The notes beneath the pieces were generated by a model. The model had not been told where the DNA came from. It searched no databases and saw nothing but the letters and a program-made list of their open reading frames with translations. From an uncultured Planctomycetota bacterium (GTDB lineage Bacteria > Planctomycetota > Planctomycetia > Isosphaerales > Isosphaeraceae), in assembly GCA_963823665.1 (NCBI GenBank), contig CAWGMQ010000004.1, forward strand, positions 2,304,001-2,368,000: a stretch of DNA of 64,000 bases, in the 5' to 3' direction. Below are positions 1 to 11,306 of this stretch, piece by piece (the stretch's first letter is position 1; each line of letters begins with the position of its first letter). The position numbers were made by a program, and so were the translations under genes.

Positions 1-932
1 CGATCGCGCTATTCAGTCTCAATCGCTTCCTGAAAGCCAAGGCATTCGACATCGTCCAAACTTGGATTTTTGCAGCCAACACGTATGGACGAGTCGCCTC
101 ACGGATCGCACATGTCCCAGTAGTCGTTGTGACCGAGATGGCAGTCGATATTTGGAAAGGACGTTTCAATCGAGCTGTCGATCGCCATTTGTCAAAATGG
201 TGTGACCGATTGGTCGGTAACTCCCGTGCTGTTGTTGAGTTTTACGAGCAGCTCGGAGTACCGAAGGAAAAACTCGCATTGATTTATTCTGGCGCGGACG
301 ATGAAGAGCCTGCTCAGGCTGATCTTCTAGCAGTTCGCAATGCATTAGGGTTCAAGGCAGAGACACCCTTGATTCTCTTTGCGGGCAGGTTGGCCGAACA
401 AAAAAAGGTAAACGATCTTTTAAAGGCTCTCGTTCTGCTCCAGTACGTTGAGCCGGACGCACGCACCATGATCGTTGGCGACGGTCCGCTGCGCAACCAT
501 CTTGAAGAAGCATCACAGGCCTATCATCTCGAGGGTCGTGTCCGGTTTCTGGGTCATCGTGAGGATGTGCCAGAATTGATGGCTGCTTCTGACTTGGTCA
601 TCTTACCTAGCGCTTTTGAGGGCTTGCCAAATGTCCTGCTTGAGGCTATGCGACTTCGCAAGCCCGTAATTGCGACGGCTGCGCCGGGAACAACGGAGGT
701 CGTCGTGAATGGACAAACCGGGCTGCTAGTTCCCATAGGGAATCCGCCTCTGCTAGCGCGCGCGATTCGTGACGTGATTCGGAATCCTGGAGCAGCTACT
801 CAGTTTGCCAGAGCAGGCCAAGCCCGAGTAGAGAAACTATTTCGGGTCGACACAATGGTTGCGCAGTTTGCTGAACTCTACGAAGAACTAGCTCGCGCAA
901 AGGGTGTTTTGAATGTTGTCCGAAACCCATAG
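1..932 (+). CDS. GT4 (GT-B fold) glycosyltransferase, 5'-truncated by window edge
   Basis: Frame is open from base 3 (IALFSLNRFLKAKAFDIVQTWIFAANTYGR...), upstream of the track start at 129. GT4 motifs FAGRLAEQK and PSAFEGLPNVLLEAM (EX7E). Confidence 0.9.
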   Translation, partial: IALFSLNRFLKAKAFDIVQTWIFAANTYGRVASRIAHVPVVVVTEMAVDIWKGRFNRAVDRHLSKWCDRLVGNSRAVVEFYEQLGVPKEKLALIYSGADDEEPAQADLLAVRNALGFKAETPLILFAGRLAEQKKVNDLLKALVLLQYVEPDARTMIVGDGPLRNHLEEASQAYHLEGRVRFLGHREDVPELMAASDLVILPSAFEGLPNVLLEAMRLRKPVIATAAPGTTEVVVNGQTGLLVPIGNPPLLARAIRDVIRNPGAATQFARAGQARVEKLFRVDTMVAQFAELYEELARAKGVLNVVRNP

Positions 933-964
933 ATCATGAACTTCATGGTGGAAGGAATCGTGGA

Positions 965-2914
965 ATGTGTGGAATCTGCGGGGCGGTCTGGGTCGATCCA
1001 GCCAATGCTCTGCAACCGGAAGCCCTGAGGGCAATGATGAGGCAGCTCGTTCACCGTGGTCCGGATGAAGCAGGCGAATATCAGGATGATCATGCTGCAC
1101 TTGGATTTCGGCGGTTATCGATCATCGACTTGTCCGGCGGTCATCAGCCTCTCGCTAATGAAGATGGCACTGTCTGGACCGTTTTCAATGGTGAGATCTA
1201 CAACTTTCCTTCCCTCAGACGCCGGTTAGAGGCAAAAGGCCATCGTCTTCGCTCAACGGGAGACACCGAAACTCTCGTTCATCTCTATGAAGATGAAGGA
1301 ACGCGGATGTTCTCGCTGCTTCGCGGAATGTTCGCATTGGCGATCTGGGATGTACGGAAACGTACATTAATATTGGCCCGCGACCGGCTGGGTCAAAAGC
1401 CCCTAGTCTATCACCATGACGAGAATCGCCTTCTCTTCGGTAGTGAATTGAAAGCGTTGCTCGCTCTACCGAAACATCTTGTTCCTCGATGCCTTGATCC
1501 GATTGCCCTGGATCAGTACCTCGCATACGGCTATGTGCCACAACCCAGGACGATGCTGAATGGCATTTTTAAGCTTCCACCAGCGCACTTCGCAGTCTGG
1601 CACGACGGTTCCCTTTCGATTGAGCCCTACTGGCAGCCTGATTGGAACCGCACGAGCAAATGTTCGATTGAGCGCGATGTGGAGAAATTGCAAGCGACGC
1701 TCGGCGAAGCCGTGTGCGAGCAGATGATCTCTGACGTGCCGCTCGGTGCCTTTCTCTCTGGTGGTATTGACTCAACGATCATCGTTGGCTTGATGCAAAA
1801 AGTGTCGAACCATCAAGTAAAGACATTTTCTATTGGCTTTCGCGATCCGGATTTCAACGAAACGGGATATGCTGAGCTGGCCGTGCGCCACTTGGGTACG
1901 GAGCATCAGTCATTTATTGTCGAACCAAAGGCTTGGGAAACTCTTCCTGAACTCTGCCGCCAATTTGACGAGCCATTCGCTGATAGCTCTGCACTGCCTA
2001 CTTGGTACGTTTCTCGTGAAACTCGCCGTCAAGTTACGGTTGCGTTAACTGGAGATGCCGGCGATGAACTTTTTGGTGGATATGACCGCTACCGTGCGCT
2101 CGGCTTGACTGAGCTCTTTCAGCGGTTGCCTGTTGGTCCTCGACGTCTACTGGGTAGCGCGATCGTACCTGTATTAGGTGGCCCCTCGCGCCAAGAAGCC
2201 GGCTCCGCAAGCTCCGCCGGCTCCTCGAGCACATCAGCGAACCGGCGGTGAATCGCTACCTGGGCTGGATGACTACCTTTGACGAAGCTGGTCGCATGGA
2301 ACTTTATTCTGAGAGGCATCTTGACTGGTTGGTGGCAACGGCCACAAGCGACCGAGACCAGTCTGAAGTTGACCCAGCGGCGATCTTGATATCGGCCTTC
2401 GGACTTGCATCACAGCGCGACTCGGTCACACGAGCAATGGTCTCGGACTTGGTGACTTACCTCCCTGGCGACCTTCTAGTCAAAGTCGATCTCGCCAGTA
2501 TGGCGCACAGTCTCGAATGTCGTGGGCCGTTCCTTGATCATCGGGTTGTAGAGCTAGCCGTGGCGATGCCCATAGATCACAAAATCCGGTTTCGCAAGGG
2601 CCGCTCGAAGGTCGTCCTCAAACAGGCATTCTCTGACCTACTGCCCGCTTCCATCAAAACTCGTCCCAAGATGGGTTTTGGCGTACCAATTGGCCGCTGG
2701 TTCCGGAACGAGTTGAAAGCAGAACTCAAGGAAGTGCTGCTCGATCCCGTCTGTCTGAACCGAGGAATATTTCGTCCCTCGGTGATTAATCGCCATGTTG
2801 ATCAACACACGCGTCAAGAACGAGAACCACTCGTATCGACTGTGGGCGCTACTGATGCTGGAACTCTGGTTCCGTCAATACATGGATTCCGGCGCAGTCA
2901 CCAACTCTGCATGA
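965..2914 (+). CDS. asnB: Asparagine synthase (glutamine-hydrolysing) family amidotransferase, EPS-associated; two compensating frameshifts (~2193, ~2826)
   Basis: N-terminal MCGICG (Ntn Cys), HRGPD, FNGEIYN, ARDRLGQKPL, FLSGGIDS, GDAGDELFGGY. Continues in ORF 2248..2922 (DLASMAHSLECRGPFLDH, PKMGF). A third frame gives HSYRLWALLMLELW and TGA at 2912-2914. Repaired length 649 aa. Confidence 0.9.
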
Positions 2915-2935
2915 GTACTTGATTTTAGATCTCAC

Positions 2936-3455
2936 CTACTGGTTAGGAAGTACTCCGACGAACGGTAAGTGGCGATACTCGTCGTTAAAGTCGAGAACCA
3001 TAGCCGACAACAAAAGCATCCGGAATGGTGAATCCACAGTAGTCCGGCTCGATCGGCACAATCTGGCGACCGACCTTGCGAAGTAGAACTGCTGTGCGAA
3101 CCGAGGCGGAGCCACGATCTTTGAGATGAGCAACGAGAGCACTTAGCGTTTGCCCGGTGTCGAGGATGTCGTCGAGAAGAAGAACATCTCGTCCGGCAAC
3201 ATCAGGGGCAAATGCTTCGTTTAGCACCAAAGTCGTTGCCGATGTTGTTGCACCGCGGTAGCTGCTAGCTTGCACCAGTGCAATTCGTAGCGGAATTCGT
3301 ATCTGCCGAACCAGATCAGCCAGTGCGATGAGGCTCCCTGTCAGGACAGCGACGATGGTGAGCGGTTTATCCCGATAGTCGTTTTCGATCTGGCGGCCTA
3401 ATATATGCAAACGATCACGAATCTGAGATTCGTTAATCAGTGGTTCGACGGACAC
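2936..3455 (-). CDS. hpt: Hypoxanthine phosphoribosyltransferase; one frameshift at ~2996
   Basis: PRPP-binding loop VLLLDDILDTGQT and SSYRG. C-terminus FVVGYG continues as LDFNDEYRHLPFVG in the frame of ORF 2936..3142. Confidence 0.92.
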
Positions 3456-3707
3456 GATAGATTAATCGCCTCCACTTGGTATTAGCTTGGAAGAGTCGAG
3501 GACGCCAGACGACGAAGCTCCGAATGAACTCATGTACTGGAGTGGGTCAGGATAGCGTGCCCATCTCCAATGCGCTGGCTCCCCAGTTTAGCAGATCCGT
3601 TGCCTTATCACAGCTTGATTTTAGGATGGCTGCAGCAGAACTTAGATTGTAGGTCGTTGATTTCCATCTACCAGTCGATGCTACGTTATGGATAGACGAA
3701 GGCGCTG

Positions 3708-4949
3708 ATGTACTCTCGCGCATTGACCCTTGCTCTGGTAACTCGGCGCTATCCACCGCAGATTGGAGGTGCAGAGAAACTTCTAAGCTACCTGGCTAGA
3801 GCTCTGGCGAATGAAGGTGCCGACGTGACGGTCATCACCGCAGAAATCCCGGGCAGCAAGAGCGCCAATTCTGAGAGGGTAGATCTCGATCAGCCTGAAA
3901 CAAGTGATGTACCTGACTTGAATCAACCTGGGCGGCTTTCTGTTGTCCGGCTCAAGACCTCACGCTTGCGATTCTGGGGAACGTGGCTCTACATGCGAAA
4001 CCTCGAGCAGTGGTTTCGTCGTAATCATGTCGACCTCGCTTATGTCTCAATGCTCAAGCATGATGCCTATGTCGTCGTTCGGGCTGGGCAGCGTCTGGGA
4101 TTTCCGGTGGTACTTCGACCAGAGGGAGCAGGCACAACTGGTGACATTGCTTGGCAATCATGGGGAAACTTTGGTCGGATAATCGGCCTTACCTGTCGCC
4201 GGGCTGAAGCCTTCGTTTCGATCTCAAAATCAGTCCAGGAAGAGATTCAGGAATCGCTCCGCTCGGGAACGATGCGACCTTTCCGAGCGGTGGAGAAGAG
4301 AGATTCTGAGCCGGTCACGCCCAAAATCGTCTCAATTCCCAACGGAGTTGTGCTGCCTGAATCAGCCTGGCACGTTCGACCTGGCTGGCACATGGCCCCG
4401 CGTGCAATCTTTGTGGGGCGGCTCGCACCTGAAAAGGGGCTGGACACACTGGTCGCAGCCTGGCCTCACGTACGACTCAGATTCCCCACAGCTCAATTGA
4501 TCTTGGTTGGCGAGGGGACTGAAAGGGTTGCTCTCGAACGTTTGGCGGGAATGGTTGGCTTGACGGTAGGGCCAACTCGATCAGTTGAGTTTCCGGGCTC
4601 TGTCGCTAGCACGACCGATGTTCTCCGAAATGCAGACCTTTTCGTTCTCCCCTCACGTGAAGAAGGAATGAGCATCGCACTCCTGGAGGCGATGGCACTG
4701 GGGATGCCTGTTGTTGCGTCATCAATCTTCGGTAACCAGAGACTTGTTGACGACTTTGAACACGGGCGATTAGTTCCGCCAGACGACCCGGTACGTCTTG
4801 CTCATGCGATCGTCGAGCAGTGGAAAAACCTTGATCGTGCGGTTCAAATGGGCATATCTGCGCGACGTCGCGTTAAGCGGGAGTTCTCAATTGAAGTTAT
4901 TGCTCGAGAACACATTAAATTATTTCATGAAACTATTACGATTTATTGA
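3708..4949 (+). CDS. GT4 glycosyltransferase
   Basis: YPPQIGGAE, FVGRLAPEKG, PSREEGMSIALLEAM. Confidence 0.92.
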   Translation: MYSRALTLALVTRRYPPQIGGAEKLLSYLARALANEGADVTVITAEIPGSKSANSERVDLDQPETSDVPDLNQPGRLSVVRLKTSRLRFWGTWLYMRNLEQWFRRNHVDLAYVSMLKHDAYVVVRAGQRLGFPVVLRPEGAGTTGDIAWQSWGNFGRIIGLTCRRAEAFVSISKSVQEEIQESLRSGTMRPFRAVEKRDSEPVTPKIVSIPNGVVLPESAWHVRPGWHMAPRAIFVGRLAPEKGLDTLVAAWPHVRLRFPTAQLILVGEGTERVALERLAGMVGLTVGPTRSVEFPGSVASTTDVLRNADLFVLPSREEGMSIALLEAMALGMPVVASSIFGNQRLVDDFEHGRLVPPDDPVRLAHAIVEQWKNLDRAVQMGISARRRVKREFSIEVIAREHIKLFHETITIY

Positions 4950-4999
4950 TAAATGAAAAACGAATGGTGCTGTAAACCCTTGCTCTGTTGAACTTTCCG

Positions 5000-6247
5000 T
5001 CAGGAAGCATCACAAGATTGTGTGCCAGTTTTCTGAGGGTGGGCACGCTCGAGATTGCGCTGCAGAGAACTCAGGCCTTCCTCGCCGTTGATATATTCGC
5101 GGTAGGGCAGAACCAAACGAAGAAGCTCGGGATGAGCTGGTCCAACGTCAGCGATCGCTTTTCGAACGGCCGTAAGAAACTGGTCAAGCCCTTCCTCCGG
5201 AAGGTGCATTCTTGCGACCAGTGTTTTGAGCCCGGCTAGCGAGGCGCTTGCGGTTTGGTTTTGAGCCGTTGTTGGAGCGATCGATACCGCAGATATTGAA
5301 GGGGCGTGCGTCAATCCGAGGACCCGGGGGAACACCCCAGGTGGAGGTGCCGGAATGTACTCACTTCCAGGTTCGTGGTCGTGTTGAGGATGAAAATCGG
5401 TGTCACGGACGCGGCGCGATGCTTCGTTGGCTTGGTGGAGCTGTTCTTGGGCTTCCTTGACATACACGGCCCAGTCGGTAGAGAAATCTTGGCGAAATGC
5501 CTCAATGTACCCGGGCTCGTATTGGCGCGAGAGCCACTTGAGCTGGTGGAATACGCGATGTGACAATGCCTGTAAGTCATCGCTTAGCTCGGCTTCACGA
5601 TCCTGTGAAGCTTGATAAAATCGGAAGCGTCCGATCCATACCTTGAGGCGGGCGTACTGCTCCAGTTTACCCAAAGAGGCGTAACCGCTTATGGCGGCTT
5701 CAACCTCTTGGGCTAATAACTGAAGCTGGCCGCCGGGAAAATAGGACTCCGCATCCCAAAGAAGCCGGTCCGCAGAAGCAAATTGCGCTGCAAGTTCAGG
5801 TTGGAGACGATCGAGCTCACGGCGAAGTTGGCGATAGGCATCAATCGCTACGCGAAGCTCACGGCGTGCTTCTTCGAGTTCATGGCTAATCTCTTCTAGC
5901 TCTGCCCGGTTTTCATGACGCGTTCGTTCAATCTCGGCCTGCGATGCCGCAATTAACTTCTCCGCATCAGCTTGCGAACCAAGTGATGACTTGTACAAGG
6001 CCAATTTGCGAACCAGATCCTTGAGAAGCTGCTCATCGATATCCGTCTGTTCCAAGGATTGCAATTTAGCCGGTCGGACTGTCCGATGTCGTTCAACCGC
6101 CCGCCGCGATCGTTGCTCAGCTAACCGAAACCGCTCAGTAGCCTGCTGAGTCTCACTTTCAATCCGTCTCGCGAGAGTTTTAGCCTCTGCCTGCCGAACC
6201 AGTTCCGCAAGTTGATCCAGAGCTCTTGTCATGGCTGTCTGTTCCAA
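5000..6247 (-). CDS. Hypothetical protein with long N-terminal coiled coil
   Basis: 415-aa ORF with an E/R/Q/L/A-rich helical N-terminal half and a globular segment (LKWLSRQYEPGYIEAFRQDFSTDW). No recognised catalytic motif. Confidence 0.75.
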   Translation of the reverse strand: MEQTAMTRALDQLAELVRQAEAKTLARRIESETQQATERFRLAEQRSRRAVERHRTVRPAKLQSLEQTDIDEQLLKDLVRKLALYKSSLGSQADAEKLIAASQAEIERTRHENRAELEEISHELEEARRELRVAIDAYRQLRRELDRLQPELAAQFASADRLLWDAESYFPGGQLQLLAQEVEAAISGYASLGKLEQYARLKVWIGRFRFYQASQDREAELSDDLQALSHRVFHQLKWLSRQYEPGYIEAFRQDFSTDWAVYVKEAQEQLHQANEASRRVRDTDFHPQHDHEPGSEYIPAPPPGVFPRVLGLTHAPSISAVSIAPTTAQNQTASASLAGLKTLVARMHLPEEGLDQFLTAVRKAIADVGPAHPELLRLVLPYREYINGEEGLSSLQRNLERAHPQKTGTQSCDAS

Positions 6248-6622
6248 CGCTATTCAATTCAAGGAGTTCAGTTACGCTAAGTTCTCCGGCCAATACTGAT
6301 CGCAAACGCCTTCTTTCTATGCAACTCGATCTACACGATCAAGGTATGCAAGTATAATTAGATTGATGGATTTTTGCTAATCTTCGTCGCGGTATTCGTG
6401 ACAAGCTACGTTGGTCATCATACACCGTGCTGGGATAAAGTTAAACACACGTAGAAACTACCCAGCCCTGAGGTTCGGGCGGTTGATGAGTCGTTATCGC
6501 CCAGTTGCTCCTGACCTCTTCTCACGTCAACCAGACGCCCCGCCGCGGAATGGGTATTTTAGCCGACAAGCCTGGCAGCCGCGCCCATACCAGCACGCCA
6601 GCGCCTTGGCATACAGGAAAGC

Positions 6623-8938
6623 TTAATACTTGGGTACAAATTGCGAGCGTTCGTAATATTTCGCATTGTGAACTTCTTCATCGAGTCGGACTGATAAACC
6701 GCGGTTAAGTATGTCCTGTGCGAGGTCAGCCCAAGGTGTCTTGGAATGCCGGATGATGACCTCTTTCAGCAACCGTTCGGCCTCGGCGTATTTCTTGGCC
6801 GTGTCGTTGCGAGGAGCAAGGGGTTGGGTCGCGTGATTGACAACCCAGATAACCAGGTTATCGGAAGTGGGTTGGTGTTTCGCGCGCGGCGGGGTCTTGG
6901 CGATTGACGCCATGAGCGCGCGATATTCGAAAGCCTTGACCTGAAACGCCACAGTCTGAGCGACCATCAGGTCGTAGTGTGCCTGCCATCGCTTTTCTGG
7001 ATCCCGATCTCGCTCCTTCACCATCTGCTCAAGCCGCGTCTGGATCAGTAGCAGTTGGTTAAGCTTGATCGTAGCCTTCTGGCCTTCCTCAAACGCCAAC
7101 TTGACCATGTCGGCGGGCTCGATCGGGAAATCCCTTCGATAGATAAAAGCCTTGCCTTCCAGGACAATATCATGTAGTAGCTTTCGCAGAGGAGAGCTGT
7201 TGCGCCGCTCCATGTAAGCCAACCGGTTACTGTATTCCGGGAGATATTCCTTGAGCTGTGTGATCGAATATGCCTGTTCACGCTGCCGGATCCTCATGAA
7301 CTCTTCGCTCGGCAGGAGAAAATAGATCCCGCCTGAATCGCGGGTCAAACGAGCCAATTCGTAAGGTGCAAACCCTGAGGGCTGTTCATCCCATCGTTCA
7401 TACAGCCCGTCCCATTGGTAAACCTCGAGATCTGCTGTCTCAGGCCCGCGGCGGATCACCGGATGGTACACATCTTTGGTGACTGGATCGACGTACTTGT
7501 GATGTGCCCACGGATAACCAAAGAGTGACTGTCGACCAATGACGTAAAGCGGAACACGATACTTTTTAAGCGCCTGCCGCGCCTCTTCGACGTATGTCCC
7601 ATCATCACCTGATTCATCGGTTACGAGCACAATCAAGAGATGTCGGCCCGCCTTCTGCACAACGTATGCGTAATGCTCGACAACTTCCCGGATGGCCTGC
7701 ATTGTGTTCTCTGTTCCGGTCGAGTCAACTTTGAGGTGCTTTATGGCCCGGCCGATCTGGTCAATATCGTCTCGCGGCTTATCCAGGACGTAGTCAATCT
7801 CCTGCCCAAACCCGACAATCGCGTGGTTGAGCGCACTCGTGGCTTTCTTATTTGGCTCGATATTCTGCTTGAGCTCACTCGAAACGCGATCGAATTTCTG
7901 GAAGATCGTCTTCTGGTCATCCTGCATGCTGGTCGATTCGTCGAACAGCCACACGACCGTGAGCTTGTGGTCCTTCAGGTGTCGGAGAATCTCGCGGGCA
8001 AGCTGGTCGAGAGCAACCCCAATCTCCTTGACGTCAAAAAGGGGATCACCAGCAATCTTGCCGCCACTCCCCAGATCGAGCGCAGGAGCCACTGGCAGTA
8101 AACTGATCGGAGATCCACCCAGCCCTTCAATCTTGACCCCGGGAAGGCTTGTACCCTCGTTGATTCGGCCTTTACCAACACCACGGATCCTCGGAGTTCT
8201 CGAGGGTGCACCATTGCCTGCCGCACCTGTGGCAATCGAGCCACCACCGTCATCACCCTCACCTTCACTCATCGCCGTGAGGACGGACTCAGCCGGGCTA
8301 GTGGCATTCTCATCACCGACTGCCTTATCACGCCGAATATCATCTGGGTCGGCGTAGATCGGCAGCACCTCCTGTTCGCCGTTACGAAATCCCGCTAACG
8401 CTGAATCGAAGTTGAGGATCTTGTTGACCGCTTCCTTCGCCGAAAACGTAGCCGCAGCCAGAGCCGAGAGTATTGCAACGTGAATAAGTAGCGAAACACT
8501 CCAGGCTTGCATCAGATATCGCATTCGACCCCGTCGTCGCCGTCTGGGCCGAATCTTGGTGCCTGCGCTCACCCTGCCTGCTCGAGGCTTCTGCTCCGTT
8601 GCTTCCTCCTCCTGAGCTGGTGTCGAATCAGGCTCAGGTGCAGTTGGGGGTTCGCTCGCTACTGGCGGCAGACTTGACCGAGTAACCTCTTCGGTTGGCT
8701 TGTCTACTTGGTCATGATTGACAATGACCGTGTCGCCGAGTCCAACCACCAATGGGTCAGCCACTATCGTGCCGGTTGGTGCTCTCGAACTCTTTGAACC
8801 TGAGACAACATCTCGATCTACCAAACTCCCCGCACCTGGCGGTGATTTTGAAACCGATATACATGCCTCCGAGGTTTCTTCTCCCGCTATTGGGAAAGCA
8901 TCCTCATCGGAGGACGGAAGAAGAGGCCGGAGTTCCAT
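6623..8938 (-). CDS. Membrane-anchored vWA-domain protein
   Basis: Arg run followed by TM helix (AWSVSLLIHVAILSALAAATF), MIDAS WLFDESTS, GTENT, LVTDESGDD; paralog of the adjacent gene. Confidence 0.85.
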   Translation of the reverse strand: MELRPLLPSSDEDAFPIAGEETSEACISVSKSPPGAGSLVDRDVVSGSKSSRAPTGTIVADPLVVGLGDTVIVNHDQVDKPTEEVTRSSLPPVASEPPTAPEPDSTPAQEEEATEQKPRAGRVSAGTKIRPRRRRRGRMRYLMQAWSVSLLIHVAILSALAAATFSAKEAVNKILNFDSALAGFRNGEQEVLPIYADPDDIRRDKAVGDENATSPAESVLTAMSEGEGDDGGGSIATGAAGNGAPSRTPRIRGVGKGRINEGTSLPGVKIEGLGGSPISLLPVAPALDLGSGGKIAGDPLFDVKEIGVALDQLAREILRHLKDHKLTVVWLFDESTSMQDDQKTIFQKFDRVSSELKQNIEPNKKATSALNHAIVGFGQEIDYVLDKPRDDIDQIGRAIKHLKVDSTGTENTMQAIREVVEHYAYVVQKAGRHLLIVLVTDESGDDGTYVEEARQALKKYRVPLYVIGRQSLFGYPWAHHKYVDPVTKDVYHPVIRRGPETADLEVYQWDGLYERWDEQPSGFAPYELARLTRDSGGIYFLLPSEEFMRIRQREQAYSITQLKEYLPEYSNRLAYMERRNSSPLRKLLHDIVLEGKAFIYRRDFPIEPADMVKLAFEEGQKATIKLNQLLLIQTRLEQMVKERDRDPEKRWQAHYDLMVAQTVAFQVKAFEYRALMASIAKTPPRAKHQPTSDNLVIWVVNHATQPLAPRNDTAKKYAEAERLLKEVIIRHSKTPWADLAQDILNRGLSVRLDEEVHNAKYYERSQFVPKY

Positions 8939-9018
8939 ATGGGTTTTCCCCGTCTCGAGCTACTTGAGAGGCACTGTCGCTGCCTCGCGCCCGGTCTACC
9001 GTACGCAGTCTGGTTCCA

Positions 9019-10956
9019 TTATAGCTTGGGCATCTCGGGCGGTTTGGCCATTTGGGCTGGCTTGTTTTTTTGTGCAGCCGCCGCGTTGTCGTTACGTCGA
9101 GGTCTTGGCTGAACATAGGATTCTACCCACTTGAAACCTAATGGGTCTTTCACTTCACGTTCAGCCAGAAGTGCCCAAGGAGTCGTGGGGTGGTCTTCGA
9201 TAACCCGGCGCAAGAGTGATTGAGCCTCACGGGCGGCAACGACTGCCTTCTCGCTGTATTGAATATTCGCATCCGGAACGAGCCGCCAAGCGTTGAATTT
9301 CGGACTGCTGAATTTGGGCGGATCCTTCTTCATGCGGGCGCAAGCGTAGTTGTATTCGTAACAACGCACCTTCATGGCCAGGAGTCGCCCGCGAATCAGG
9401 TCGTAATGCGCCTGCCAGCGCCTGGAAATCTCGCGGTCTCGGAGCTTGGCCACCGAATTGATCGGGACGAGTGCTTCGTCGACTGTATAAGCAGTTCGCT
9501 CGGCAATACCTTGATTCAGAGCCATTACGTCCTTGAATTCGGGAGCATCCGCGGGCGGAAAATACAGAGTTGGCATGGCAGGAAGTTTCTGCTGAGTAAT
9601 CTGCGCTGCGTTCAAAACTGCCCGGCGCAACGGTGATTCAGCAATTCTTTTGTCGTAGTCTGCTTTTCGGTCCCAATCAGGCTTGTACTCCCGCATCCTC
9701 GAAGGGTCAAATCCCATACGGCGAGAATCAAACCTCGTAACAAAATAGATTCCTCCGGTTGCACTCGCCAGTCTGCTCAAGGCGTATGGACCGAACCCGG
9801 CCTCGACAATCTCGTATTGAAGACCACCGTACCAGAATGGAAGACGGATCTGCTCGAGCATCACGCTCTCAGGGCCTTGTTTCACTGGCACACCGCGGAA
9901 GACTTGCTTGGTCTTCGGATCAACGTAATCTACGTAGCCAAGTTCACGGCCAAACACTGCTTGCGAGCCAAGTACGTACACCGGCACCTTGGCTCTTTGT
10001 GCTAGTGCAATCGAATCCTCTAAGCGATTCTCATCGTCGCCAATCTCGTCGGTCACAACGATAATCATCGTGTGGTAAGCCTGGTTATTGGCACCTTTGA
10101 ATCGGCCCCAGTGGTTGACGATCTCGGCGACCGTCGTGAAGGTTGTTTCAACCCCTGACGTGTCTAACGCGACATTTTGGATCGCTCCGATGATCTCCGA
10201 GCGCTCCGCAGTTGGTTTGGCCAGAAGTGTATGCCGGTCTTGCCCGAAGCTCAGAACCATCGTGAGCAACCCGCTGTCATCCGACAAGTGGTTCTCGTCG
10301 AGCTGGTTGATGTGGGTATAGACCGTATCGATGTGTTTGCTAAGCCGCTGTCGCTCGGCCAGCAGACTTCCGGATGCGTCAAACGCCCAGACAACCAGTG
10401 TGCGTCCTTGCTCCAAGTGCCGCAGAATCTCAATTGCAATTCGATCGACCGCTCCTTCAACACCACCGACAAACTCAGCACCATTGCCTCGAATCGAGAT
10501 GGTTTGTCCAAGCATTGTCGCCGTGGGAACAATCAATTCAGTTGCGTGCCGAACATCGAGCTTGACGAGCTCTGGTGCCGCTCCACCCACCTGAGTTGAA
10601 GAAGCAGCAGTACTCTGTACAACCCCGGCTGAGCTTGGCGCAGTGGTGACTGTCGGTGCCAGAGTTGGTGCAAATGACCCCGCAGCAGCAACAGTTGCGG
10701 GCGGATTGGCGCTCTGGTCAAGATCCTGAAACGTCGAATCCGACGACGGCATCAGGTTATCTACCACATTAGCTTGAAACTCGCGATTCGCCTCTTGGTG
10801 TACCCGGTAACCTGCGAACGCGAGGCAGACGAGCAAAATACCATGCATCGTCAGGCTTACTAGAAATGCTGGTAACTCGACCTCGAGCCGTCCACCTAAC
10901 CAGGTCGACAACCAGGGAAATCGAGCTTGGAGATCGCGAAACAGATCGCCAAACAC
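9019..10956 (-). CDS. Membrane-anchored vWA-domain protein
   Basis: TM helix (AFLVSLTMHGILLVCLAF), MIDAS WAFDASGS, GVETT, VVTDEIGDD; shares RWQAHYDL and TPWA-LA motifs with 6623..8938. Confidence 0.85.
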   Translation of the reverse strand: MFGDLFRDLQARFPWLSTWLGGRLEVELPAFLVSLTMHGILLVCLAFAGYRVHQEANREFQANVVDNLMPSSDSTFQDLDQSANPPATVAAAGSFAPTLAPTVTTAPSSAGVVQSTAASSTQVGGAAPELVKLDVRHATELIVPTATMLGQTISIRGNGAEFVGGVEGAVDRIAIEILRHLEQGRTLVVWAFDASGSLLAERQRLSKHIDTVYTHINQLDENHLSDDSGLLTMVLSFGQDRHTLLAKPTAERSEIIGAIQNVALDTSGVETTFTTVAEIVNHWGRFKGANNQAYHTMIIVVTDEIGDDENRLEDSIALAQRAKVPVYVLGSQAVFGRELGYVDYVDPKTKQVFRGVPVKQGPESVMLEQIRLPFWYGGLQYEIVEAGFGPYALSRLASATGGIYFVTRFDSRRMGFDPSRMREYKPDWDRKADYDKRIAESPLRRAVLNAAQITQQKLPAMPTLYFPPADAPEFKDVMALNQGIAERTAYTVDEALVPINSVAKLRDREISRRWQAHYDLIRGRLLAMKVRCYEYNYACARMKKDPPKFSSPKFNAWRLVPDANIQYSEKAVVAAREAQSLLRRVIEDHPTTPWALLAEREVKDPLGFKWVESYVQPRPRRNDNAAAAQKNKPAQMAKPPEMPKL

Positions 10957-11306
10957 CGTTTCATGCTCCTTGGTCGTTTCCGTAGCCAGTCACAATCGAC
11001 GCATTCATAGCGGTGAGCGGGCTCTCTATCCTAGTATCCTGGCTAGACCGTAAAATTGCCAGGTTTTGTTGGCTTTGAATTCGATGGGAAGGTCTAACAA
11101 ATATTCCGGGCAAAGTGGTTGGAAAGCAGTATCAAATCTGCGCAGTGTCCCCTTTGATTGTACTCTATTGGAATCCCTGCGTGACAGCTCTCTTGCTGGC
11201 ATTCGACAATGAATTCACCCGCAACGTCCTGGTGCAAAACGTTCAGCAAACTCTGATGTAGATCTTCTGAACGACCTCGCGTGCTCCAGAATCTTGTGAA
11301 TCCTCG

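Noticed and set aside
965..2922. asnB as two genes or a programmed frameshift
   Set aside because: No slippery heptamer seen; the pattern matches the window-wide single-base indel errors.
11038..11063. CCTGGC...GCCAGG inverted repeat resembling the dehydrogenase operator
   Set aside because: Different spacer length and only 6-bp arms; likely chance in GC-rich DNA.
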